In this document: positions 34,692 to 47,290 of the stretch, in pieces
Position numbering within the stretch: the stretch's first letter is position 1
Layout: every line of letters starts with the position of its first letter
Assembly (NCBI GenBank): GCA_026023565.1
Contig: JAPETS010000035.1
Span: 124,001 to 188,000, forward strand
Source of the DNA: Cirrosporium novae-zelandiae
Lineage: Eukaryota
DNA: 64,000 nucleotides
Direction of reading: 5' to 3'
Notes under the pieces: generated by a model
Told to the model about the DNA's origin: nothing
Seen by the model: the letters and a program-made list of their open reading frames with translations, nothing else
The model's database searches: none
Position numbers and translations under genes: made by a program

Positions 34692-36099
34692 TCACGCATG
34701 AATTGTACCCAGTGTTGGGGGTATTTTCTTATTCTCCTTCTTATTTTCCTTCTTCTGCTCTTGTTTTCCCTCATCCATCCATTCCCAAGCAAGCATCCTC
34801 CAGTTCAACTCCTGTCTCCAAAACAGCCCATACCCTAGCCCGCCAGTCCTCTGTCCCGTTATAACGCCCCCACAGCATTGCAAATCCGTAGGTTCTGGGT
34901 TTATGGCACCCGTAGCCGATACTCTCTGGCCGAAGATGATCGCTTTAAATCTGGAATGTAGGATGGCCATTGCACACATTACGCAAGGCTCGTGGGTTAA
35001 ATAAATATCAAGGTTGAGACAGAGGTAAGCCGAAGGAATGGTGTTGGGAGCATTATACACGTCGTACTCTAACTGTGTTATAGGTCTGTCAAGGAAGACG
35101 TCCTTGCGGAGGGGGTTTGCTTCGCAACTATTTTCTGGCTGAAGGTGTTTCATAGCTACCATGCCAATCGCACGCATTGTAGCATGAGCCATGACATTTC
35201 CAGCATTCGTGTCAATAGCACTGTTAGGACCACATCTTCGAGCGTCTCCAGCAATTGCTACAGGGACGGGTCCCCCAGGTGCGTTACCATCCACAATGAT
35301 TGCTCCAAATTGCTCCCCTAACCTTTTCGAAGAGCTTTGAAAGGCTGCTGCTTTCGCCATGGCCATCCAAGTTCCTACTGTTGGTGCGATGCGGGTTTCA
35401 TATCGGGAAATAATGCTTGGATGTGCCCCAAACGGGTTATTCTTTTGATAAACTGTCGGCCAATATTTCTGTGTCCAGGCCACAGCTTGTTCTTGTGATG
35501 TTGGTGCTAGTAATGGAACAGGCACCCTGCTTAGGCTAATAGGAAGCCCATTTAGAGCGAATGGTTCGTTTTCGGACAACAACCGTATCAAGTCGACGGT
35601 ATCGATTAATTTAGCAGCGCAGACGAGCATATAAGTATCGGTATCAGAGTCATCTGCTGGGATATCCTTCACAGTGCCATTCTCTTGACTTTGATCAAGG
35701 TCATCGAGGTCGGATTTCTGGCCTGTCGGACGAACCTGGTTCTCTGCCAGAATTATCTTCACTGTAGCTGGTAAGAATTTTGTACGGGAGAATCGTCGCA
35801 GATGTTGAAGGTTAACAGCATCTTGGTCAGTAATCTTGCGAACGGTGCTATAAAGCCTATGATTAGCCATAGACAAGACTTGAATAAGCAAGTCTAGCCT
35901 ACTTGAGAGTAATGCTCGCGGATTTCAATGGAACTTGAAGAACATGAACATCAACTTCGAGAGTGTCAGTCGACTGTGAATTCTGATTTTTAAATGAGAA
36001 TATCGTACTCAATTGCAATTTCGACTGTGTCTCTGCCACAGTCTTTAGAGATATCAGCCTGCCCTGTTCAGGCTTGAAGGTAGATGATGAGAAGGACAT
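34692..36099 (-). CDS. TAD3: tRNA-specific adenosine-34 deaminase non-catalytic subunit
   Basis: WTQKYWPTVY, HATMRAI (HxE glutamate absent, as expected for Tad3) and YLTHEPCVMCAMAILHSRF. Two short 5' introns inferred. Confidence 0.88.
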
Positions 36100-36660
36100 T
36101 GCATTAATGATCTTGTGTGACGGTAACAAGGCATGATGGCGACCAAATAGAAATTTTATAACTGCTCAAAGGGGAAGTTGTTCTCCCATAATTATTTTCT
36201 TTTTAATCCTCGTTGTGCTTTCCATTCTTGATATTAATGTACTACCAAAGTAGAGAGTCTAAATTTTTGCACATCTCCCACTTACCCCACCGTAAACATC
36301 CAAATTCGGACTAGCTGCTAACGACGTCATTGTCATTACTTTGATACTTTCGGGTTGTTCAGCCATTATTTGTATAGACACCTAATTACCACACCCGTGC
36401 CCACCGCAATTGATAGACAGAAATAAAGAAAGGCCAAGTCTCATGTGTCTGCAGTGATTTATAAGCTATTCAGGTTATTTCCATGTTGCAATCAATCACG
36501 CAAGGGTCATGACAGCCTCACAAACATTGATTTATAATAAATGAGGGGTACATTTTTCTCTTTCCCTCACATATATAGCATCGCTTTCCTCTGTAGAATC
36601 CTTATCAAATGACTTGATATATCCTGTAGAATAAATCAATTTCTACCTATTATTCTCAAA

Positions 36661-37701
36661 ATGGCTCCACCAGATGCAGCAGTGTACCCCGCGGCAACTG
36701 GGCCAGCGAAAAATATTGTTGATAAGCATAGTGAACCAGCAGACCTTGTCCTCTACTCTGGCTGGTTTTGCCCGTGAGCAGTATCCCAGTATCCCATGAT
36801 TTAGTGAGTGAGGAACAGACAATTAACCTTGGATAGTTTCGGTGCCCATCTCTGTTCTCGGATTCAAGACAGGAATAGCTAATCACCCCTCCATAGTCCA
36901 ACGCGTCTGGTCCGTCCTAGAGGAGAAAGGAATCCCGTACCAGTACGGATCATCGATGCACCCCGAGAAGCATTATCTATACTAACAGCAACAACAATGC
37001 AGATATGTCGAAGTAAATCCCTACCACAAGCCCGAATCCCTCCTCAAACTAAACCCCCGCGGTCTCGTCCCCACCCTCCAATACCAAAACAAGCCCCTTT
37101 TCGAAAGCAACGTTGTCCTCGAATTCCTCGAAGATGCCTATCCCTCCCATAAACCCTCCCTGCGTCCTTCGGATCCCTACGAACGCGCGAGAGCTCGCAT
37201 CTGGACCGACTACGTGACCACCAGAATCATCCCTGGCTATCATCGGTTCTTGCAGTTCCAGCCGGGCCGATCGGATAAGACGATTGAAGATGTAAGACAG
37301 GAATTTTTGAACCATCTCAAGGAATGGACCAATGAAATGGATCCTGCGGGACCCTTTTTCCTGGGCAAGGAACCGTCATTGATTGATTTTGTGATGGGAC
37401 CTTGGGCCCTGAGGCTTTGGGTTTTTGATCAATTCAAAGGCGGACTTGGTATCCCGGAGACAGGTGCAAGCAATGATGACAAAACTTGGATTCGTTGGAG
37501 GAAATGGTATGATGCCATTAGCGCACACCCGAGCTTGAAAAACACGATGAGCGACGGGGAGCACTATATCCCCCTGTACAAACGCTAGTAGGTTTCAATT
37601 CCCAAGTTAAGAAATTTTGACCTTGACCGTGCCTTAGCGCCGATGATGAAGCCCAAAGTGAGTTGGCCAAAGCCTCCAGGGCCGGGAGAGGAGTACCGTA
37701 A
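36661..37701 (+). CDS. Glutathione S-transferase, omega-like (CPF motif)
   Basis: LYSGWFCP|F|VQRVW..., VEVNPYHKP, NPRGLVPTL, FESNVVLEFLED, GPFFLGKEPSLIDF. Four introns, including a 5-nt exon at 36837-36841. Stop at 37699-37701. Confidence 0.9.
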
Positions 37702-38218
37702 CATACTGAGTACTACGGAGCGAAATAATTAGCTCAAGCATCTGATAAAGCCTTTCACATGTATTGTTAATTCTAGCGCTTCTGTCTATGGGACCGGTGG
37801 CTAAGTACCGGTGGCTAAGTAGCCATGAAATAAAGCCATGCAAAGGATCATAGGGTACGGAGCTCTTGATCTATCCCGACCCAGAAACCAATGAAATCGG
37901 ATCTCTTAAACGAGAAGCCAAAAAGTCAATCGTGCACGTATAATAGAACAAATGCAGTAAAATCCCGGTTGTACTCCGATGGAGAGAGAAAGCCAGCCAG
38001 AATCATCCATCCCCAACGCCAATGGAAATGCAAGTCGTGATCCGAAATCCTCCTAAAAGTCACGTCAAGTTCATGAGTACATTTCCATACTAATGCCTGT
38101 TATAGTGATTAACCAGCTAAGCAATAAAATGAACGTACCCCTAAAGCTTGAGAAGGAGCGGGGTGAAGGTAGTTGTGCTTGCATCCAGCCACCACTGTTG
38201 TACATGAGAATTCTATCC

Positions 38219-40609
38219 TTAATTACTGCTGCGACTGGTACTGCGTGACAATTTGTAATCTGGGTCAAGAATAAACCAGTCCCTTTCGTTATCGTAACGA
38301 TAGGCTTTGAAATCAACCCCATAAGGTTTCTGTTAAATGTCAGTAAATCTTGCACCGGAGCCAAAAGAATGGTAACCCACCGGTTCAAGCATATAGAGCA
38401 TTCCAAGGGGAACATCGAGATCCGCAATCTCCTCGTGCTGAAGGCCTTTGAAATAGGCTAGTAATACCCTGACCACGCTTCTATGTCCGATAAGCAGCAC
38501 ATGGTCGGTCATTCGCTCAACTTCTACGATGACTGCACGCAGGCGGTTGATGACATCCAAATAACCCTCGCCCCCAGGTCCAGGATAACGATAATGGAGC
38601 TTGTCGATCCTTCGTTGTTGGTAGTCTCCAGGGAAACGCTTCTTAATCTCTTCGTAGGTCAAGCCTTCCATAATACCAGCATTAAGTTCGTCAAGCATTT
38701 TCATTTGCTTCAACTCAAATTCATCCTCGTCAAAATATTGTCCCGTCTCAATACTTCGCTTGAGCATTGAGGTCCAGACACAAAAGGCTTTGGGGGACTG
38801 GTCATTATCGGAACCCAAAGTGGATGTATATGCAGGATTTGGGGGCGAGCTATCACCAGGTCGGGGTGGAAAGTGTGTCGACAATGCTCTGCTGCGCTGG
38901 CGGGCTTCCCAAATCTTGCGTTCATGTTCAATGAATGCAGTCAAAGTCTTGGCGTATTTTTTCCCGTTAGGAGATAAAGTGGAATCGCCACCGATCTTAC
39001 CAGCAACATTATCTTGAGATTCTCCATGCCGAGTAATCCATATTTGTCTAGGAGCCAGGTTGAAGTTTAGGAGATAGTAGACTGCTTGTGCCGATAGAAA
39101 CCCCTTGATTTGGTGAGAAATAACTTTTCGTCCGACATCAACCATCTAGGCATGTTAGCTATTTGATATTGATACAAAGCATGTTGAGTAGGTACCTGGC
39201 AATAAGCCATTCCGTTCCGCTCTTCGTATTCACCCAAGGGCACGTAACGTTTTTGGTAGAGATCCACCCGTTTCTTGAAATCAGCCAATGCCGTGACGGG
39301 ATCCTTGTCCTTGTAGTCTGGACCCGACAGCTTGAGGCGCATATTTGCTTCAAGAAGCTAAGTACTGGTCAGCATGAGACATCTAGCAGGTGGATTTCAT
39401 CATACATTTTCATCAAGGCAAAGACTCTCAACAAATAAAACTCCAAGGTCCGGGCCGGCTCTTTCACGAATGTGCTTCATGATATGTTGTCTTCTTTCCA
39501 GGGTGCTATTGGTTGCATCGAGTATTCCCACGGAGCCGCCTTGGTTCAGGACATAGTCTAGGAGCTCATCCAAGGTAGCCAATGCTACTTGCTCACGAAG
39601 TTGAGCAGCCCTGACATTTGTTGGGTCGAAGAAGCTTGCGGACTGATCCATCTGCTCGGCGCTTGAACGTTGCTCGGACGGTGATTCCAATGCCCTATTT
39701 TCGGAATTCCCATTCTGTTCTGGATATTTGGCATCATGAAATGATGTTTCGTTTTGCGCCGAGTTTGGTGCTTCCTCGGGGGAGCTCACGGGTGGCTCGC
39801 CGTTGACGAGAATCGTAGCTGCTTTTGCTGCAGCATCAAACGAGTTTTTATGGTCTCGAATATCATATGAGGTGTCCACCGAAATGCTAGATGACCTTAT
39901 GGCATCTTCAGGTCGCACATTCAAGTGAGGAAATGAACGCGCCGGACCACCTGCTGCAACTCGTCGTCTTTCCCCAACATTGAATATTCTTGTATCGTGT
40001 TGCAGCCAATTGAGATATCTTGCCATCTTTTTGGTGATATAACTCTTGCCACGAGCTGGCAAACCGACCATGACCACCACCAACTTTGAACCAACATCTC
40101 GTTGAGAAATGCGCCCATCGGGAGAAACCCTTGATTTGGTCAATCCAGGTATATCAAGTGTTGTGGCTTTAAGGCGAGATGAACTGGACTTTGGGCGTAA
40201 AGGGTGACTAAGAGAAGGTGTTAGTGATGAGGCGCAAGTGTTCAGTTGCAAGAATTTCAATGGGAGGATCATACATCTTTGGACTGCTGGGAGCTGAACT
40301 GGCAGGTGTGTCGGTTAGGGCTGTTCCCAGGCTCCCTTTGAAAGAGACTTGACGGCTAGCAACTTTATAATCCCTGTGATGATTCTGGTGAGGAAACCTA
40401 GGTGGAGGCATTAAGCCATTAGGAGTATGGCCATGATGTCTATCATAAACAGTTGTGTCCATGATTGGAGATAAAGGACAGTGAGAGTTGTCGTTCACGA
40501 AGGCAGTTTCTGAGGGAGAGGAAAGTTGTTGTTTGAATGAGTCTGGGTCGCTGACATGATCGGAATTCTCGGTGGGGACTACAGTCTGTGACTCGCTGAG
40601 AAGTGGCAT
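38219..40609 (-). CDS. PFK26: 6-phosphofructo-2-kinase/fructose-2,6-bisphosphatase
   Basis: P-loop VMVGLPARGKSY, ILDATN, kinase C-terminal part MRLKLSGPDY and phosphatase motif ITRHGES. Four introns inferred. Confidence 0.93.
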
Positions 40610-41712
40610 ATACGTAAAGTGGAGATAGAGTGGGTGAAAGATTTGCGGGAAATATGAATTAAAGCGATATAGATACAAATACTGTGAAACCAGGGTCAAG
40701 TAGATAGTGGACACAGTGGGGGGAGGGGGGGGGGGGATGAATTTTTGGTGAGAAGAAGAATGATCTAAAAGAATGATAAATAATTAAGTAGGAGCTGTGG
40801 GCAGTGAAATAGGAAATAGGGAGGACACTTTTTTGGGGTTTTTTTTTTACTTCTTTCGAATGTCAACTAGAAACTATGGTAACTATGGTAAAGTATGAAT
40901 CTAATTGTCAGACGTGCCAGGCGAACTACAAGTCAACTTACTTTGTTACTTTGGCCTTGTCTTGTGCATGTGCAGCCGCACAAGTACCCTACCTTGCCGT
41001 AGTTCCCCCTAGTCTTGGCCTATCTGACTTTTAAACACAGGCATCATCTCCTATGGATATTATCAATACCTAGGTAATTAATAGAATCACCGGTATCCTT
41101 TGAATCTGGAAAGCTTATCATGTTCCGTCGGTAAAGTGAGACCGGGGCATAAAGTATATATACATAAAATAACACAATATTCACCTGTCATTCCATTATT
41201 ATTTGCATAGTCATAAAAACAAACTAATGATCTAAGAATCTTGACTTAAGCCACTGACGTAACCTCCCCAGTAAAGTCCGATGCATCCTTTTCCGCTTTT
41301 CCAACGGTTCATTCACGTTCCTTCAGGCCCCGTTCAGCCAGCCTTGTTGAATGATGGTTAATTTGCTTAAGGGCAGTGCTTGCTCCTGTTTCTGCCCCTG
41401 TTGCTGCTTACAGTGCAGACTATCTAGTAGACTATCTACAATATAAAAAGGATCAAGTATCATGTAGACATGCTAGCACATGCCCGTCGGTCCTTTGCCT
41501 CCAATTCCTCAGTCACGCGCTCTCAATCATTCAAATCATTGGCCCCCCCCCATTACCCAGCCGCTCAGGTCAGTCTGTCTAACTCAACCAAACGTTGTCA
41601 AAAAGTCTTGTTGTGAGAGCTGTATCTGAGCTGACTCCGATCTTATTACTCCCCTGCTGATAATTCCTCCCATCAATGACCAGTTGTTGGTATGGCCTTC
41701 AGCTGGAACTGA

Positions 41713-42180
41713 TCATATTGACAACCTGAGAGTCAAAGCAAGTAATGAGGCATATGCTGCGACACTCAAGGCTGTAAGGATGATAACCACATTCCCACTT
41801 GTTCGAAATTTCTTCCGACAGAGTCCATCATCTCCAAGTTCGGCAAAGAATTGTTTGTTTCCTTGTTGCCTGCGAAAGAGCGAAATAAAGAGTACGCCAG
41901 CACCGTACAATGCGAATAAGGCACCGATACTGTAGAATTCCGAGGTGAAGATTTTCAGGACGACCAGAGCAAAGGAAAATTGCGAGAGGGATGTTCGTAC
42001 GTAGGCGCCCTCGAATGTGCGTTGGGCAGCGCGAACCTCGACGAGCTCCGCAGGTGATAGATCCACCGTTGGGCGGCGGTGTAACTTGTGCCTATCGCAG
42101 AGATGGAATTGTTAGGATGGATGTTAATAAACTGAGGAAACAAAAAAAACCACAATGGATTTGTTATACCCAAAAGCCAT
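41713..42180 (-). CDS. DUF202-family small membrane protein
   Basis: AAQRTFEGAYVRTSLSQFSFALVVLKIF plus three hydrophobic segments. A short first exon (MAFG) at 42170-42180 is inferred. Confidence 0.8.
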
Positions 42181-42398
42181 GATAAAGATATAATTAATTC
42201 TTTTTTTCTTTAAATAGATAATTATTTTATTAGCAGTCTAGGTTGGAGGTGAATGAAATACCTGGGTAGTCTAGTTAATTAGATGTAAAGTAGCAATGCG
42301 GAGAAAAGATGACCTAACCGTTTTGATCATTACGAAAATAATTTACAATAGCCGACCCGATTCAACAATAGCCGATTTAACTGCGAATTATGGCACCA

Positions 42399-42480
42399 GT
42401 GGCCCCAGTTAGCCCTAGTAGCCCCAATAATTAGCCCCAATAACTAGCCCCAATGGCCCCAATGGCCCCAAATGACCCCG
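42399..42480. repeat. Imperfect tandem repeat of GCCCCAAT-like units
   Basis: About 8 degenerate units (TAGCCCCAAT/TGGCCCCAA) in the DUF202/cytochrome b2 divergent intergenic region. Confidence 0.7.
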
Positions 42481-42737
42481 GTGGCTCGTTCAAGAGTGGG
42501 GGGCATGGGGGGATACACAGGGGCGGTCTCGCGGAAGGTATCGCCGAAATCTACCATTTCAAGATAACCAGACTCCCGAATTCCCCTAGGTAGCTCATTA
42601 GCAATTGGCAATCGGCAACTAATAAATGGAGCTCTCTTATATATTCCCCACAATTTCCTCAGGTCTACAATCATGCCTCGAATCTTCATCGCTTTCCTTT
42701 GTCTGGAGTTGGTTTTTGAGTTATATGAGCATCAAAA

Positions 42738-44439
42738 ATGGCCAAGTTGATTGACGCAGCTGAAGGTATGTCTACTTCAACATTACACTGCATTGGACCA
42801 TAAAAGCTGACCGCTTCCCTAGTTGCAAATCACAATACTCCCGATAGCTGCTGGGTCATTCTCTATGGCAAAGTCTATGATGTATGTTTGTTCTCATTTA
42901 TCTTCAATATTCTTCCTAGAAGTTCAACTAACCATTGGCCTTTTTTACAGGTTACCAAATTTCTCTCAAAACATCCTGGTGGCTCCAAAATCATCCTCAG
43001 ACTCGCTGGGAAAGATGCCACGGAACAATACGATCCAATTCATCCTCCAGGTACTCTTGAAGCGAATCTACCCGCCGAAGCGCTACTTGGCGATGTAGAT
43101 CCGAATACCTTACCCAAAACCCATGAAGCAAAGGAAGAGCAGGCCAATGAACCCCCGGCTGGTCCTCCGATGGAATCATTACTCAACCTGAACGAAATCG
43201 AGCAAGTCGCAACGAAGAAGATGAACAAGAGAGGATGGGCATATTACTACTCTGCAGCCGATGACCTGATATCGAAACGTGCCAACAATATCGCCTGGCG
43301 GTCAATCCTACTTCGACCTCGTATCTTTGTCGACTGTGAGAAATGCGATCTTTCTACCACTCTCCTCGGAAACAAAGTTGGCATGCCTATCTTTGTGTGC
43401 CCAGCTGCCATGGCCCGACTCGCCCATCCCGCTGGCGAAGCAGGCATAGCAGAAGCATGTGGAAAATTCAACGCCCTCCAAATAATTTCCAACAATGCTT
43501 CCCTAGCTCCTGAACAAGTTGTTGCAAATGGCCATGGCCAGACCTTTGGTTGGCAACTCTATGTTCAAATCGAGACCAAGAAAAGCGAAGATATGCTGGT
43601 CCGAATCAACAAACTCACCGACCGTATCAAATTCATCGTCCTAACCCTAGACGCCCCAGTTCCAGGAAAACGCGAAGACGACGAGAGATCCCAGGACGTC
43701 GGATCAGACCCCCCCGTAACATCAGCCGTCAAAAACGAAGAAAAATCCAAACCCAAGGGCGGCGGAATAGGTCAGAACCTATTCTTCGGCACCTCCCCCA
43801 AACTAACCTGGAAAAAAACCCTCGCCTGGCTCTCCAAAAACACATCCCTCCCCATCGTCCTCAAGGGCCTCCAAACCCACGAAGACGCCTACATCGCCTC
43901 GCAATTCGCGCCCCAAGTCAAAGCCATCATCCTCTCCAACCACGGCGGCCGCGCCGCAGACACCGCCCCGCCCGCCGCACATACGCTCCTCGAAATCCGA
44001 AAATACTGCCCCGAAGTCTTTTCCAGGGTTGAAGTCTGGGTCGATGGCGGTATGAAGCGAGGAACCGATGTCGTAAAGGCCCTGTGCCTCGGTGCCCGCG
44101 GCGTCGGCATCGGGAGAGCAGCGCTGTGGGGGTTGGGAGCCGGCGGTCCAGCGGGCGTGGAGCGCACGCTTGAGATTCTCAGGGATGAAACTATGACTGC
44201 TATGAGACTTCTCGGTGTTGAAAAAGTTAGCGAGTTGGGTCTCCAACATGTAAGTAAAGTACCTAGGTACTTTCTTTACCAGTTAAATCCCACCCCTCCA
44301 TTCCTAGTAGAATTACCTCACTAACCTAACCACTTTTTATTTTCCATAGGTCAACACACGAGCACTAGAACGAGACATCTATGATGGACCTGCACAGATA
44401 GAAGGGCTGAGGAATTTTAGAGAGACGCCTAGGTTATAG
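42738..44439 (+). CDS. Flavocytochrome b2-like FMN-dependent L-2-hydroxyacid dehydrogenase (cytochrome b5 + FMN domain)
   Basis: Heme motif [22 protein letters not shown] and [18 protein letters not shown]. Introns 42766-42822, 42882-42950 and 44250-44350. Ends ...TPRL*. Confidence 0.93.
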
Positions 44440-44969
44440 ATAGTGTGTGTGTGTGTGGGAGAGGGGTTGGTAGATTTTTTTTGTTTATTTGTTTATTTGT
44501 TAGATACCTTTAGAGACTTTACGAAATGAAAGAAAGAAAGATGGGGGTTATAGGTTATGTCGTGTCTATAGTTTGCCTTTGGTGTTTAGAGAAATAGGGA
44601 AAGAGAAATAAATCGTAGTTATTGTATTGGGTTTTGGTATTTTATTGACTTGGCCTTTTTTCTTACTTGGAGAGAGAAGGCGAGAAGGATATTAGAAAGG
44701 GGATTTAAAAAACAGAAAACAGAGAGCTAAGAACGTCTTCTCGTGTGGTTTTTTATCATTTCATTTTCATTTTTTTTCATTATGGTTTTTTGTATACATA
44801 TATACAGAAAGGGTCTATCCAGAGCCCCTATACAAAGGACTTTCTTTTCCGAATCATATATAGCGACCCTAGGACTCTCTCCCTACTCCTCCTTCACTTA
44901 CTATATACAATCACCCCACCCTACCCACCACCCACAACCCCCCAACCAACCCCACACCCAGCCCATCCC

Positions 44970-46115
44970 TCAAAGCGCATCAATAATATCCATAACCGCC
45001 ACCGTCACATTCTTATCATAATTCCCATTCAACCCCGCCCCCGCAATCAGCAAATGCGTCGGCTGATCCTGCATGATGCGCAGCGACCGCGAATACGCAA
45101 TCGCAGCGGGGGTAGAAACCCTAACCCAAGCGTCCGGATGACCCAGGGCCTGATTCACAAATACAGAAGACGTCGAGGCGGCGCTGACGACGATGGTGCC
45201 GTTTTCGTTGCCCGCGGAGGTGTAGACGACGTAGGGGGAGGAGGTTGGGACGGTGCTGCCGGCTTTTATGTAGTGGTCGGGGCTGGAGTTGAAGTCTAGG
45301 GGGTTGGTATTTAGGCGGTAGTAGATTGGGAAGTGGTAGCCTGAGGAGGTGTACGATGCGGGTCCGCCGCCGTATTCGTAGGTCATGAGGTAGGACCCGT
45401 TGGAGAGTTTTGTGACTGTGGTCATGCCTGGACGGTCGGTGTAGGTAGAGTATGCGACGTCGTCGACGGGGTCGTCCCAGGTGAGGAGGTCCGAGGAGAC
45501 TTGGTGCACCAGCTTTTGGCCGTGGGTTGTGTTGGCGCGTTGGTCGGAGTAGTAGACTACGACTTGCGAGTTGTAGGTCATGATGAAGGGTTCCCAGACG
45601 GGCGTGAGGCCGTTGGTGGGTTCGGCCTCGCCGCCCAGTGCGATGTGCGATACGAATTCCCAGGTATAGCCTAGATCTGTGCTGGCGTACATGTCGATCT
45701 GGGTCTGGCTGAGATCGGTGGGGATGGAATTTCCAGCGCACAGGATCGTGCCGGATGGGTAGTCCCCGATAGCTTCTGTGAGCTGAAAGATGTCCGGTTG
45801 GTATCGCATGCCCCAGCCATTGGCCTGGTCGGTAATGTTGGATATGTGCGTCCAGGTTTCGCCGCCGTCGGTGCTCTTGAAGATTGGGAAGTAGACTAGG
45901 GGGGGCTCTGGGGAGTAGTTTTCCCAGGTGGAGAGCAGGTCGCCGTTGGTGAGCTGTACGGTTCGTGCGTAGAGAACGTAGGGGCTGTTGTAGTCGGAGG
46001 GGGGCGTGAAGACTGTGACGGGGTCGAAGGTGTCGAAGGACCTCTTGTGGATGTAAGGGGCGCTTAGGACTGTTGTCGCGCACAGCGACAGTAGGGTTAG
46101 GAGGTCGGCACGCAT
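44970..46115 (-). CDS. Secreted GH93 exo-alpha-1,5-L-arabinanase (BNR/Asp-box propeller)
   Basis: Signal peptide MRADLLTLLSLCATTVLS; Asp boxes KSTDGGETW and ASTDLGYTW; GH93-typical TWENYS, PVWEPF, YYSDQR, RPGM and MTYEY. Confidence 0.88.
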   Translation of the reverse strand: MRADLLTLLSLCATTVLSAPYIHKRSFDTFDPVTVFTPPSDYNSPYVLYARTVQLTNGDLLSTWENYSPEPPLVYFPIFKSTDGGETWTHISNITDQANGWGMRYQPDIFQLTEAIGDYPSGTILCAGNSIPTDLSQTQIDMYASTDLGYTWEFVSHIALGGEAEPTNGLTPVWEPFIMTYNSQVVVYYSDQRANTTHGQKLVHQVSSDLLTWDDPVDDVAYSTYTDRPGMTTVTKLSNGSYLMTYEYGGGPASYTSSGYHFPIYYRLNTNPLDFNSSPDHYIKAGSTVPTSSPYVVYTSAGNENGTIVVSAASTSSVFVNQALGHPDAWVRVSTPAAIAYSRSLRIMQDQPTHLLIAGAGLNGNYDKNVTVAVMDIIDAL

Positions 46116-46450
46116 CTTGGGATCGGTGGGGAAAGGAAGAGAACAATTGAGGAGCAATTGACAGTGCAAGCTAAGATATAAATGCAATGCTTGCTCGCTG
46201 GAGAACAACAGCATAACAGATGGGTATTAATGTCACTTTATAACAACAGGAAGAAGCATGGTTCTACGATCCCCAGATTCGGCATTGAGCATTGCGGCGG
46301 AAGAAAATCATCAACAACATTCCGGTTCATGAGCTTCAATGGCGTGGTCATGAAGCTCGAGGGCAGCTGGTAACGGGTTAGCGGGAACTGTCAAGATGAA
46401 GAGTGGATTCATTTAAAGAAATCGAAAAGGGGAAACGCGCCGGGGAATGT

Positions 46451-46560
46451 TACGGATGGTTATGGATAGGCATGGATGGACATGGATGGTTATGGGGAGC
46501 CATGGGGAGCTATGGGGAGCTATGGGGAGCTATGGGGAGCTATGGGGAACTATGGGAAAG
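46451..46560. repeat. 10-bp period minisatellite (TATGGGGAGC-type)
   Basis: 7 near-identical units at 46491-46560, preceded by 4 in-phase YATGGATGGN-like variants. Confidence 0.85.
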
Positions 46561-47290
46561 GTCATGGAGAAAATGGAGAAAATGGAGAAAATGCGGAGTG
46601 TCATTATTGGGGTTTAACATGGGGTTGCATTTATCGTCGGAGAATTCAAAGTTGCCGTCCCTTCTTCATCTACCCCCCTGGAACAATTATAATTTATCTA
46701 TAATTCTCCACCAACCAAATGTAAATTGCATTTATTGCAATACCCAGGTACCATCGTCACAATGCAGCACTACTGCGTGGAAGATCCATCTAGTCTCAGG
46801 TTGATGTTAGCATGCTGGGGTCTGAACTGTGAGCTCCTGCCAGATTTACAGCTACTCCTCATAACACATCTAAATATCTGTCTAACGTGTTCTTCTATCA
46901 TCAAAAATAGGTCTATATATCCCTTCAATTCCAAAGTCATGAGTGTTGATCGCACTGTCAATGATTCAAACTCACACCATAACTTCTATATAAGAAAGAT
47001 GTGAAAACAACACAGTAGAGTGGAGTGGCGTTCAAGCAAAATGAGCAGGCACCACTTCTTTCCATCCTCAAAAATGGAAGTGACAATCACATCAACCATC
47101 ATAAAATGCCCAATTAACCCTCTCAAGAACTCTTACGCACAACCGATTTCTTCGGCCCTTCTTATGTATCGTCCTTTTCATTTTTTCATCAATTCCTAAC
47201 CTCTTATTACTGCTCTTATTTGTTAGCTATCCAGCTAACCAAGAACCTATCATTGAATGACTGATCCCTCCTCTAATAATATATAGTCCA

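Noticed and set aside
35170..35200. TAD3 lacking the catalytic Glu (HAT instead of HxE) as a sign of pseudogenisation
   Set aside because: This is normal for the Tad3 subunit.
45121..46146. 341-aa alternative-frame ORF over GH93, and similar shadow ORFs over cytochrome b2, HET, hydantoinase and NCS1
   Set aside because: By-products of codon bias in real genes; compositionally implausible proteins.
46451..46560. CRISPR-like array
   Set aside because: Contiguous tandem units without spacers, in a eukaryotic genome with no cas genes.
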